Source of the DNA: Aggregatilineales bacterium
GTDB taxonomy: Bacteria > Chloroflexota > Anaerolineae > Aggregatilineales > Ch27
DNA: 64,000 nucleotides
Assembly: GCA_029976025.1 (NCBI GenBank)
Contig: JARKNX010000133.1
Location: forward strand, 85,683 to 149,682
Direction of reading: 5' to 3'
In this document: positions 50,026 to 58,815 of the stretch, piece after piece
Layout: each line of letters begins with the position of its first letter
How positions within the stretch are numbered: position 1 is the first letter of the stretch
The notes under the pieces: model-generated
What the model was told of the DNA's origin: nothing
What the model saw: the letters and a program-made list of their open reading frames with translations, nothing else
Databases searched by the model: none
Program-made: the position numbers and the translations under genes

Positions 50026-51099
50026 ATGGCGAAAAAGATTCATGTTCTGCTGGTTGAAGATAGCCTGACCATTCGCCGCTTTCTGGCCGATCTGATTAAC
50101 GAGACGCCGGACATGACGGTGGTGGGGGAGGCGCGCGACGGGCAGGAGGCGATCACCCTGGCGGCCCGGCTGCAGCCGGATATCATCAGTATGGATATCC
50201 AGATGCCGCGCCTCAACGGGCTGGCGGCGACGCAGATCCTGATGCAGGAGAACCCGCTGCCTATCGTCATCGTCAGTGGCCGCTTGCAGCGCCACCAGCA
50301 CGAAGAAGTGGATCTGGCCTTCATGGCTTTGCAGGCCGGGGCGCTGGCCGTGCTGGAGACGCCGCCGCACCGCAGCCACCCGCTTTTTGCCGAGAGTCGC
50401 GACCATTTTCTGGCGACTCTGCGGGCGATGGCCGGGGTGGGGGTCGTGCGCCGCTGGAGCACCAGGCCGACTCCGCCCACCACGCTGGAGACGATCCCCC
50501 CGGCTCACGATTCCGAGCCGCTGGTGATCACGATCGGGGCCAGCGCCGGGGGGCCGATTGCCCTGCACCGTATTCTGGGCGCGCTCCCCAGGGGCTTTCC
50601 GCTGCCGGTGGCTATCGTGCAGCACATGGCTGACGGCTTTATCGAAGGGATGATCCGCTGGCTGGCGGGCGGGACTCCCCTGCACGTGATGCAGGCCGAG
50701 CCGGGGCAGTTCATCGAGCCGGGGCAGGTGGTCGTGGCCGGCAGTCACGCCCATTTGTTGCTGCAGCGGGTGGGGCGGCGGGTGCGGGTGGTGCTCGATC
50801 CGGAGCGCGGCGGCAGCCCTTACCTGCCTTCGGTGGATCGGTTGTTTCAGTCAACGGCGGAGCAGTTCGGCCCGCAGGCGATGGGGGTGCTCCTGACCGG
50901 GATGGGCGACGACGGCGCGCGCGGCCTGCGACAGATGCGCGATCGCGGCGCGCGCACGCTGGTGCAGGACCAGAATTCATGCCTGGTGTACGGGATGCCG
51001 GGTTCAGCGGTGGAGTTGGGCGCGGCTGAACAGATCGTGCCGCTCAAGCATATCGCAGCCACCATCCTGGATCTGGCTAAGGCTGTCCCCGGGGGCTGA
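50026..51099 (+). CDS. cheB: CheB protein-glutamate methylesterase (REC + esterase)
   Basis: REC: IHVLLVEDSLTIRRFL...PDIISMDIQMPRLNG. Esterase: VITIGASAGGPIAL, AIVQHM, GMGDDGARG. Confidence 0.9.
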   Translation: MAKKIHVLLVEDSLTIRRFLADLINETPDMTVVGEARDGQEAITLAARLQPDIISMDIQMPRLNGLAATQILMQENPLPIVIVSGRLQRHQHEEVDLAFMALQAGALAVLETPPHRSHPLFAESRDHFLATLRAMAGVGVVRRWSTRPTPPTTLETIPPAHDSEPLVITIGASAGGPIALHRILGALPRGFPLPVAIVQHMADGFIEGMIRWLAGGTPLHVMQAEPGQFIEPGQVVVAGSHAHLLLQRVGRRVRVVLDPERGGSPYLPSVDRLFQSTAEQFGPQAMGVLLTGMGDDGARGLRQMRDRGARTLVQDQNSCLVYGMPGSAVELGAAEQIVPLKHIAATILDLAKAVPGG

Positions 51100-51164
51100 G
51101 GCCTCACCCCCGGTCCCTCCCATCTACGTGGAGAGGGGAGTTTTGCTTCCTTCCTCTGCTAGCG

Positions 51165-51187
51165 GGGGAAGGGCCGGGGATGGAGGT
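51165..51187. repeat. G-rich 23-nt motif, copy 2
   Basis: GGGGAAGGGCCGGGGATGGAGGT. See copy 1 at 41103-41125. It lies 65 nt after the cheB stop, preceded by CCCTCCCATCTACGTGGAGAGGGGA. Confidence 0.5.
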
Positions 51188-51379
51188 GTGAGGATGGGAG
51201 GCTGGTGAAATTATGAACCACTCCACCCTGAGACGTGATACACTGTTCACAAACCGGGTGGTTGCAGATGTTGTCCGGCAGTATGAAGAATTTGCCGCAG
51301 CAACAGGCAGAAAGCGCATTGGTTCGAGCTTTCGAACCACTCTCTAACCGCAAAACGACCTGGGTAAGGAGTACAAAAC

Positions 51380-51754
51380 ATGGCGCTTGAAGTATTATTG
51401 GTAGAAGACAGCCGCACGCAGGCGGCCCAGATTAAAGAAACGTTGGAAAGCGTGGGGTTGAAGGTGCGTATCGCTTATGATGGGCCAGAGGGCCTCCGCG
51501 AGGCGCTGGAGAACCCCCCCGCACTGGTCGTGCTGGATGTCAAGTTGCCCAGTATGGATGGGTTTCAGGTCTGCCGTCGGCTCAAGCGCAACCCGGCCAC
51601 CCAGGATATCCCCGTGATCATCCTGACCGAGAAGGCCAGCGCCCAGGCAACGATGTCCGGGCTTCATGCCGGCGCGGATGACTACATCCCCAAGGACATC
51701 TTTGCCTCGGAACACCTGATCAATACCCTGCATGAGCTGGGTGTGCTGGAGTAA
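51380..51754 (+). CDS. cheY: CheY-like single-domain response regulator
   Basis: VLLVEDSRTQ...PALVVLDVKLPSMDGFQV...PVIILTEK...DDYIPK. The canonical acceptor Asp and Lys are present. Confidence 0.85.
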   Translation: MALEVLLVEDSRTQAAQIKETLESVGLKVRIAYDGPEGLREALENPPALVVLDVKLPSMDGFQVCRRLKRNPATQDIPVIILTEKASAQATMSGLHAGADDYIPKDIFASEHLINTLHELGVLE

Positions 51755-51794
51755 TGTGCATCCGGGCGTATCGCATCCGTAAGGAAAGCTGCAC

Positions 51795-52238
51795 ATGACT
51801 AAGGGGAAGGACGAGTTCACAGTTATCCCGCCGGTGCTGACCGTCACCGTGGAAGACAGCATGGATATCATGATTGCTCGTGACACGGCGCGCCGGGCGG
51901 CAGGTCTGATGGGCTTCTCTCCAGCCTTCCGCGCCCAGCTTGCCGGCGCTGCCGGGGCGCTAGCTGAACTCGTGCTCAAGACGGGCAACCCGCACGAGCT
52001 GGATTACAACGGTGTCCGGCAAAGCAACCGGGTCGGCATTCAGGTCACCTGCGAGGCGCTCTGGCTGGCTGAGGTGTCGCCGGCCAATGTGGAGATGGCC
52101 CTGCGCGCCAAAATGGGCGATCTGGTCGATGACATTGCCTTGCGGGAGGGGGACCCTCCGCTGATCACTCTGACCATGTGGCTGACGCCGGCCCGCGAAA
52201 TGCAGGCTTCTGATACGTCCGACTTCAACCCGGCCTGA
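51795..52238 (+). CDS. Hypothetical protein, weakly RsbW/HATPase-like
   Basis: 147 aa. IARDTARRAAGLMGFSPAFRAQLAGAAGALAELVLKTG resembles the N-terminal helices of anti-sigma Ser kinases (RsbW/SpoIIAB type). I see no clear G-boxes. Confidence 0.4.
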   Translation: MTKGKDEFTVIPPVLTVTVEDSMDIMIARDTARRAAGLMGFSPAFRAQLAGAAGALAELVLKTGNPHELDYNGVRQSNRVGIQVTCEALWLAEVSPANVEMALRAKMGDLVDDIALREGDPPLITLTMWLTPAREMQASDTSDFNPA

Positions 52239-52255
52239 CCGGAGCGCTGTTACCT

Positions 52256-52720
52256 ATGACCGCGGAGGAACCTGTCTTTGCCGTGATATGTGTGGTGGGG
52301 GACCAGCCCTACGCTATCCCGGTCGCCAGCATCCTGGAAGTGGCCGCACTGGTGCGCCTGACGCCGCTGCCAGACGCGCCCGCCCCGGTCGTCGGGGTGG
52401 TCAACCGGCACGGCGAACTGATCCCCATTCTGGACCTGCGGCTGTGCCTGGGCGAAGCGGCAGGAGAACTGGACCTTTCCACCCTGTTTATCGTTGTACA
52501 GGAAGAAAATCGCAAGGCCGGCCTTATCGTCGATGACGTGCGAGAAGTGCAGGCACTCCCGGCCCGGGCGCTGCAACTGGCGACCCGGAGCGGGCCGTAT
52601 ATTCGCGGGATGGCGGCGCTGAAAGATCAGCCCGTGCTGGTGCTGGATACGATGGCGCTGCTGCGGGCATTCGCCCCACCAGACACACTGGCAGTCCTTC
52701 CTGGCGGGAACCAGGAGTGA
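52256..52720 (+). CDS. cheW: CheW-like coupling protein (second copy)
   Basis: FAVICVVGDQPYAIPVASILEVAALVRLTPLPDAPAPVVGVVNRHGELIPILDL. Confidence 0.8.
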   Translation: MTAEEPVFAVICVVGDQPYAIPVASILEVAALVRLTPLPDAPAPVVGVVNRHGELIPILDLRLCLGEAAGELDLSTLFIVVQEENRKAGLIVDDVREVQALPARALQLATRSGPYIRGMAALKDQPVLVLDTMALLRAFAPPDTLAVLPGGNQE

Positions 52721-52723
52721 GGC

Positions 52724-53674
52724 ATGACCGACCGAGAGCAAAGACGCCACGACCGCGTTCTGATTGTGGCCAAGGATGAAGACCTGCGGGAAGCTCTGGC
52801 CGATACGCTGGACAGCGCCGGCGGCTACATGACCAGCCAGGCCGGCAGCTTTGAAGAGGCCCTGAGCGAGCTGCTGCTGAGCGAGTTTTCTCTGGTAGTG
52901 ACGGAAACGGAGCTGCCCGATCTGAGCGGCATGGACCTGCTGGCTGTCATCGGCGGGCTGCGCCCCGGCGTGTCAGTCATGATGATCGATGACGATCTGT
53001 CGGCCAAGTCCGCGGTGGCTGCCTTCCGGCTGGGGGCGGTGGATTACCTGTACAAGCCGGTCAATCTGGAATTCATCCTGATGCAGATCGAGCGGGAGCT
53101 GGAGGCCAAGCGCGCCCAGCAGGCTCCCCCGCCGCCGGAGCCGCCCAAGCGCCTGACCAGTCGCGACCGCGAGCGCCGCCTGAACCCCGGCACCCGCGCC
53201 GCCGCCCTGGTCCTGGGCCGGCCGCAGTTCAAGCGTATCACGGTGGAGCTGAACCGGCTGCGGTCGCATGTCCGCGCTAATTTCGTCGGCCTGGTGGATG
53301 TGGATGGCAATATGGTTGGCGCGGCGGGCACGCTGGAAGAATACGACCTGATGCTGCTCACTAAAGCCCTGGCTATCGACCACGATGCCACCAAGTCCCT
53401 GGCGACCATCCTGGACGAGAACCGCTTCCATTCGACCTATTTTGAGGGCGAGCACAGCGGCGTCTACATCATCGAATTCGGGCGGCCTTATCTGGTGTCG
53501 CTGGCCGTGATCTGCCCGGTGGATGTCAAGCCCGGCATGGTCTGGCTGTACAGCAAGCGGACCGCCGCCGTGATAGATGAGATTCTCCAGACTGTCCAGA
53601 TTCCGCGCAGTATGCCGGCCGGCATGGCCGGTATGCCCGGCGGCGAAGAAGAGCCGGATCGAGGCGAGGGGTAA
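52724..53674 (+). CDS. Receiver-like (pseudo-receiver, Glu at acceptor position) / Roadblock-LC7-like fusion protein
   Basis: REC-like RVLIVAKDEDL...FSLVVTETELPDLSGMDL. By alignment, the acceptor position is Glu (codon 52904-52906). The C-terminal segment ANFVGLVDVDGNMVGAAG...GVYIIEFGRPYLVSLAVICP resembles Roadblock/LC7. Same architecture as 23885-25057. Confidence 0.7.
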   Translation: MTDREQRRHDRVLIVAKDEDLREALADTLDSAGGYMTSQAGSFEEALSELLLSEFSLVVTETELPDLSGMDLLAVIGGLRPGVSVMMIDDDLSAKSAVAAFRLGAVDYLYKPVNLEFILMQIERELEAKRAQQAPPPPEPPKRLTSRDRERRLNPGTRAAALVLGRPQFKRITVELNRLRSHVRANFVGLVDVDGNMVGAAGTLEEYDLMLLTKALAIDHDATKSLATILDENRFHSTYFEGEHSGVYIIEFGRPYLVSLAVICPVDVKPGMVWLYSKRTAAVIDEILQTVQIPRSMPAGMAGMPGGEEEPDRGEG

Positions 53675-53741
53675 TCGCCGGGTAACGCTGTTTTGAGGGC
53701 GCCGCCGGATTGTGGTCACACGCCGGCGGCGTTTTTGTGTG

Positions 53742-56123
53742 CTACCAGTGGCGGGCAGCGGCAATGGCCTGCGCGGCCTGCTGGACCGCCCCCTCGCCGC
53801 CGAGGTCGCGTATCACCGGCGCCAGCACAACCAGATCGTTGAGCAGATGAGACAGAGGCCGCCGGCTGAGCAGCGCCAGCGCCTCGCACCACAGGGCGTA
53901 GGCCACCGCCGGCGGGTGCATCTTCCCCCACGGCCCGACGATCTGCTGCAGCGCGGCGGCGCGCTCCGCTGGCGCGTCCAACTGGCAGACGGCCAGCAGT
54001 GTATCCCGCAGGACCTTCGATTCCGACGGCAGCGCAGAAGGCGCTTCTTCAGAAGCCAGCAGCGGCGCAAAGACTGAGATGCCGGAAGCCCGGTCGTACT
54101 CATCCCCGATCTCGTGTACCGCATTCAGCGCGGCGCGGGTGATCTCCGGGCGCATCTCCGGGCTGGCCTGCGCCCAGAGGGCCGTCAGCGCCGTCGCCCG
54201 GTCGTAAGAATCGGTGATTTCGCGGGTCGATTCCAGCGCCCGCTGCAGGATGGCCGCCCGCAGGGTCGGGTTTTCCAGGTGCGGCAGCAGCGCGACCAGG
54301 ATGCTTGCGCGGTCGTAAGGATCGGCGGTGCCCTGGCCGAGTTCCAGTGCTGTCTCAAGCCGGGCGCCATACAGGTAGGGGGCCAGCGTGGTGAGCGAGC
54401 GCGCCTGGCGGTATTCAACCGGCACGTCGCGCAGATCGCTCAGAATCTCGTCCAGCGTGCGGTCGGTCGCTTCGCCTTGCGGCAGGTAGGGCACGAGGGC
54501 GATCAGGGCGCTGACCTTTTCCACCGGGTTGGTGATTGTGTGGGCGTCGGCCAGCGCGTCGGCCAGGAGCTGCTGCTGTTCGGCCAGCAGCGGGGCCAGT
54601 GTGGAAAGCGCCCGCACCTGGGCGCGATCCATCGTGATTGAGCGGGCGGTGGTCAGGGCGTTGCTCAAGGTGCGGTAGCGCAGCTCATCCGGCAGGTAGG
54701 GGACCAGCTCGGCCAGCGCCAGCACGCGCTCAAGCTGCCGCGGCAGGGCCACGGCCACGGCCAGCGCATCCAGCCAGGTGCGTTCGGCGGCCTTCCCCTC
54801 CAGCCGGCGGCCGAGCGCCTTGAGAGCCAGGAAGCGCGCGTCCCGCTGGCGGATGTTATGGGCGACAACCAGCGCCCCCATCGCCATGTCCGGAGCCAGC
54901 GAAGGGGCCAGATTCGCCAGCAGTTGGGCCCGGGTGTGTTCATTGGTGATTGTGTTGACCGCCGCCAGCGCCTCTCCCTGAAGGTTGCGCGGCAGGCGGG
55001 CCTGCAGGGCGACCAGGGCCTCCGCCCGCGAATCGCGACGGTTCATGGTGACGGCGATAGCCAGGGCGCGTTCCAGCAGGACGGGGAAGGCTTCATCCTG
55101 CTCGCCCATGCTGTCGAGATGAGGGGCGAAGGCCACCAGGGCTGTTGCCCGCTCGCTTTCATTGGGGATGACGGCGATAGCCTCCAGCGCGGCGGCCTGC
55201 AGGCGCTGCTGCAGCGGAGCGGGCAGGATCTGCGCCAGCGTGGTCAGCGCCCGGGCGCGCGGGGCCGGCTCCGGGATGTGAGCGGCCACGGTCAGGGCGC
55301 GGTGGTGCACCTCCTCGACCAGGTGTGGGGCGAGGGCGATCAATGCGCCGGCCTGGCCGTCAGAATGGCTCATGGTCGCGATTGTATCCAGGACAGCCAG
55401 CAGCAGGGCGATGCGCGCCGCCGACGGCAGATAGAACGCCAGCGCGGTCAGCCCGCGCAGGCGGGCCTCTGTATTGGGGATACTGCCGGCCAGGTCGAGC
55501 GCCTCAGCCGTAATGCCGGTGGGTAGATCGCTCTCTTTAATCGTGCCCAGCATGGGCAGCAGGTCCAGCAGGAGTCTGGCCCGCGCCGGGATGTCTGCTA
55601 CCTCCAGGGTTGACTGGTAGGCGCTGTGCAGGGTGCGGCGGCTTTGTTCCGAGGGCAGGTGCGGCGCCAGCATCAGCAGCGCCCGGGCGCGCGGAGCCGG
55701 CTCCGGCAGGACCAGAATTTCTTCCAGAAACTGGATGCGCTGTTTGATGGAGAGGGCGTCGCTGTACGCGGCCAGAGCCAGCACGCCGGATAACCCGGAC
55801 TGAACGGGATCGGGGGGCGGGGCGCCGTCTTCCTCCGTCTTGACCGGCTCGCGGCGCAGGCTGATCGCCAGGGCGTAAGCCACCTGGCGGCCCATCATGG
55901 CCGGGCCGTCATTGGTCGCCTGCTGCCAGCCGCGGTCGATCTCATCCAGAGTCAGGTACGGCCAGGCGCGGCGGGGGGCCAGGGTGGCGGCCGGTCGCGC
56001 CCCGGCCTGCGCGGCGGCGTCTGCTTCCGAAGCAGGCGCGGCGGCCTCCGGACTGTCGGCAGTCTGGCCGGTATCGTGCTCGTCCTCTGGTACGCCGTTC
56101 ATCGCTGTCAACGCGGGTTCCAC
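53742..56123 (-). CDS. Alpha-helical repeat protein (~17 copies of a 32-40-aa 'R-A-x-A-L-x-x-L-A-P-x-L-P' unit)
   Basis: Repeat cores include RARALLMLAPHLPSE, RLRGLTALAFYLPSA, AGALIALAPHLVEE, RARALTTLAQILPAP, RATALVAFAPHLDSM, RVLALAELVPYLPDE, VRALSTLAPLLAEQ, VSALIALVPYLPQG, ARSLTTLAPYLYGA and RASILVALLPHLENP. The N-terminus is acidic and low-complexity. GTG at 56123; alternative ATG at 56102. Confidence 0.8.
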   Translation of the reverse strand: MEPALTAMNGVPEDEHDTGQTADSPEAAAPASEADAAAQAGARPAATLAPRRAWPYLTLDEIDRGWQQATNDGPAMMGRQVAYALAISLRREPVKTEEDGAPPPDPVQSGLSGVLALAAYSDALSIKQRIQFLEEILVLPEPAPRARALLMLAPHLPSEQSRRTLHSAYQSTLEVADIPARARLLLDLLPMLGTIKESDLPTGITAEALDLAGSIPNTEARLRGLTALAFYLPSAARIALLLAVLDTIATMSHSDGQAGALIALAPHLVEEVHHRALTVAAHIPEPAPRARALTTLAQILPAPLQQRLQAAALEAIAVIPNESERATALVAFAPHLDSMGEQDEAFPVLLERALAIAVTMNRRDSRAEALVALQARLPRNLQGEALAAVNTITNEHTRAQLLANLAPSLAPDMAMGALVVAHNIRQRDARFLALKALGRRLEGKAAERTWLDALAVAVALPRQLERVLALAELVPYLPDELRYRTLSNALTTARSITMDRAQVRALSTLAPLLAEQQQLLADALADAHTITNPVEKVSALIALVPYLPQGEATDRTLDEILSDLRDVPVEYRQARSLTTLAPYLYGARLETALELGQGTADPYDRASILVALLPHLENPTLRAAILQRALESTREITDSYDRATALTALWAQASPEMRPEITRAALNAVHEIGDEYDRASGISVFAPLLASEEAPSALPSESKVLRDTLLAVCQLDAPAERAAALQQIVGPWGKMHPPAVAYALWCEALALLSRRPLSHLLNDLVVLAPVIRDLGGEGAVQQAAQAIAAARHW

Positions 56124-56226
56124 TCGCCGGGGCGTCGCAACCTGAGCGCGCTACAGTGCGCATAAAGCATTGTAACCCTATCTGGATCGATTCTTCAAGC
56201 GACGTCGAAGGCAGAATCTGGCGCGG

Positions 56227-57831
56227 TCAGAAGGTCCGCTGCCGCCAGACGCCGCCCACCATCGTGCCAGGCACCGCCGTTTCCAGAATAATATCCGGCG
56301 GGGCTGCGTACCAGTCGTGCTCCAGCACAATCAGATCGGCCAGGTAACCCGGCGCCAGCCGGCCCAGCCGGTCTTCCATACCCGCTGCGTAGGCCGGACC
56401 CTGAGTGAAGGCGATCAGCGTCTCGGTCAGCGTCAGCCCGCCTTCAGGCCGCCAGCCCTCCGGCCCTGGCGAGCCGTCCGCGCGACGGCGAGTCACGGCG
56501 GCGTGGATGCCCTTGCGCGGGTCCACCGGCTCCACCGGCGCGTCGGAGCCGAAAGCCAGCACCACACCCTGCGCCTGCTGCAGGCGGAAGTTATAGGCCC
56601 ACTCCCCGCGCGCGCCCCAGTAGCGATCGACCATCGGATAATCGGAAGTGGCGTGAATCGGCTGCATGGAGGCGATCAGGTCCAGCTCAGCCAGGCGGGC
56701 GCGGTCATCGGGATGGATGATCTGGACGTGCTCAATGCGGTGGCGGCGGGCCGAGCGCGGGATGCCCTGTGCCGCCTCCTGCTGGCGGGCCATGGCGTAG
56801 ACATCCAGCACGTCGTGCACGGCGCGGTCGCCGATGGCGTGGATGGTCGATGGCAGGCCGAGGGCGCTGGCCTTCAACACACGCTCGGCCATATCCTCTT
56901 TTTCGGTGACTACGATGCCTCGATTGTCCGGCTCGCCCTCGTAAGGCGCGATCATGGCCGCTGTGCGCGGGCCGAGCGCGCCGTCGGCGAAGATTTTCTG
57001 GCCGCCGATGCGAATCCAGTCGTCGCCGAAGCCCCAGCGGATGCCGGCCCGGTACAGCGCCTCGATCCAGTCATCGTTGACATTCTTGACGGCGCGCAGG
57101 CCCAGCCGCCCGCGTTCGCGCAGAATCTGAAGCGCGGCCAGGCAATTCGGGCCGTCGAAATCGTGAAAGCCGGTCAGGCCGCAGGCCCAGGCCAGCGCCT
57201 GCGCCTCTTCCATCCAGCCGGCCAGCGTCTCTGGAGCTGGCTCCGGGATCAGCCCGGCGACCAGATTCATGGCCGGGTCCTCCAGCAGGACGCCGGTCGG
57301 CGCGCCATCCGCGTCGCGCAGCAGGCTGCCGCCGGCGGGATCAGGCGTGGCCGCCGTGACGCCGGCCAGGCGCAGGGCGGCGCTGTTGGCCCAGGCGGCG
57401 TGCCCGCTCTTGGCTTCCAGATAGACCGGGTTGGCCGGGGCGATCGCGTCCAGATCGGCGGCGGTGGGGAAGGCGCGGTCCGGCCACAGGTCCTGCACCC
57501 AGCCGCGCCCGCGGATCCACGCGCCCGGCGCCGCCGTCTCCAGCCGCGCCGCTACCCGCCGCAGAGCCTCTTCTTTGGTCGGCACTTCGTACAGGTCCAC
57601 GTGCTGCAAGGAAGCCGCCAGCCAGCCAAAATGCAGATGGGCGTCGGTCAGGCCGGGCAGGACGAACCTGCCGCCCAGGTTATCGACGATGGTGCGTGGC
57701 CCGGCCAGATCGCGCAGGGAGTCGTCGCCAACGGCCAGGATGCGCTCGCCGCTGAGGGCCAGCGCGCTGGCGTGCGGATGGGCCGGGTCAAGCGTGCGGA
57801 TGCGCCCGTTGATGAGAATACGATCGATCAT
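56227..57831 (-). CDS. Amidohydrolase-family metallohydrolase (YtcJ-like, amidohydrolase_3)
   Basis: ILINGRIRTLDP...VLPGLTDAHLHF (HxH), HAIGDRAV, RIEHVQ, GSDAPVEP. The ATG at 57831 has an upstream GAGAAGGG and is preferred over the TTG at 57870 used by the ORF track. Confidence 0.85.
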   Translation of the reverse strand: MIDRILINGRIRTLDPAHPHASALALSGERILAVGDDSLRDLAGPRTIVDNLGGRFVLPGLTDAHLHFGWLAASLQHVDLYEVPTKEEALRRVAARLETAAPGAWIRGRGWVQDLWPDRAFPTAADLDAIAPANPVYLEAKSGHAAWANSAALRLAGVTAATPDPAGGSLLRDADGAPTGVLLEDPAMNLVAGLIPEPAPETLAGWMEEAQALAWACGLTGFHDFDGPNCLAALQILRERGRLGLRAVKNVNDDWIEALYRAGIRWGFGDDWIRIGGQKIFADGALGPRTAAMIAPYEGEPDNRGIVVTEKEDMAERVLKASALGLPSTIHAIGDRAVHDVLDVYAMARQQEAAQGIPRSARRHRIEHVQIIHPDDRARLAELDLIASMQPIHATSDYPMVDRYWGARGEWAYNFRLQQAQGVVLAFGSDAPVEPVDPRKGIHAAVTRRRADGSPGPEGWRPEGGLTLTETLIAFTQGPAYAAGMEDRLGRLAPGYLADLIVLEHDWYAAPPDIILETAVPGTMVGGVWRQRTF

Positions 57832-57909
57832 GGCGGTGGCCCTTCTCACGGCAGGTGTGCAGATCGACAAGACAAAATTTAAGAGAAGGTAAAGACATAC
57901 CGGCCGGCG

Positions 57910-58776
57910 TCAGCTTTGCAGGCTTTCCTGCACGCGAGCGTGCTCCAGCACGGACTCCATCTCGGCCAGCGTGATCACCCCCTCCGGCAGCGGGCTTTCC
58001 ACATAGGTCGCGGTGACGGCGTTGGCGACAATCATGGCACGGGCCAGATCGCCGGGGCAGCGATGCAGCACGGCCAGAAAGACGGCGGCGAATGTGTCCC
58101 CGGCGCCGGTCGGATGGCGGAGGTGCTCGATTCGCGCAGCGGGGAAGTCCTGCCGCCGGCCCCGATGGTACAGCGTCGCCCCCTGATAGCCGCGCGTCAC
58201 CACCAGCGTATGCCCCGGCGCGGCGTACTGCGCCTCCGCCGCGGCGGAATAGCCCAGGTCCTCATCGCTGAGGATGATGATGGCGTGCGGCAGCGCGGCC
58301 TCCGCCCCCTCCCAGGGTACGGGGTAGACATGTCCATCGCGATCCCAGGCGCGCAGGAAGCCCTGCGGCGTCAGGCCGACCAGCGCCCCGGCGAAGCTGC
58401 CGGGGTGCAGGGTGGAGTCCAGCTCGCGGGCGATCGGCGCCAGGTGCACGATCGGGGCGTCCCGCCAGGCGGGGGGGATATCCCCGGCGGTCAGCATCCG
58501 GGCCTGCCCCTCGATCACCTGCCGGCGGTGGCCCCGATCGTCGTAGGTGTTGACAAAAATGGTGGAGCTGTCCGCCGGGATGAGATGCACGGGCACCCCG
58601 GCCAGGCCGGCCAGCACCGGATCGTCCGGGCGGGCGCTGGTCAGGATGCCCACGCGCAGCCCCAGCGCCCGCGCCGCCACCGCCGAATAGGAGACGGTGC
58701 CGCCCAGGCGCGGCCCTTCCGGCGTCCGGTCGTGGGCGACGTGGCCGATAAGCAGATAGTCGATGGCCGGGGTCAT
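57910..58776 (-). CDS. PfkB-family carbohydrate/nucleoside kinase
   Basis: LGGTVSYSAVAARALGLRVGILTS and the PfkB signature PTGAGDTFAAVFL. Confidence 0.8.
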   Translation of the reverse strand: MTPAIDYLLIGHVAHDRTPEGPRLGGTVSYSAVAARALGLRVGILTSARPDDPVLAGLAGVPVHLIPADSSTIFVNTYDDRGHRRQVIEGQARMLTAGDIPPAWRDAPIVHLAPIARELDSTLHPGSFAGALVGLTPQGFLRAWDRDGHVYPVPWEGAEAALPHAIIILSDEDLGYSAAAEAQYAAPGHTLVVTRGYQGATLYHRGRRQDFPAARIEHLRHPTGAGDTFAAVFLAVLHRCPGDLARAMIVANAVTATYVESPLPEGVITLAEMESVLEHARVQESLQS

Positions 58777-58815
58777 GCGCTGCTCCAGTCAGATGTAGTT
58801 GAGCCGCGCCGCTGC

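Noticed and set aside
51795-52238. Interpreting the 147-aa Che-operon ORF as CheC/CheX/CheD
   Set aside because: It lacks the duplicated D/S-x3-E-x2-N-x22-P phosphatase motifs of CheC/CheX and shows no CheD-like Cys/His motif. Only a weak RsbW-like resemblance remains.
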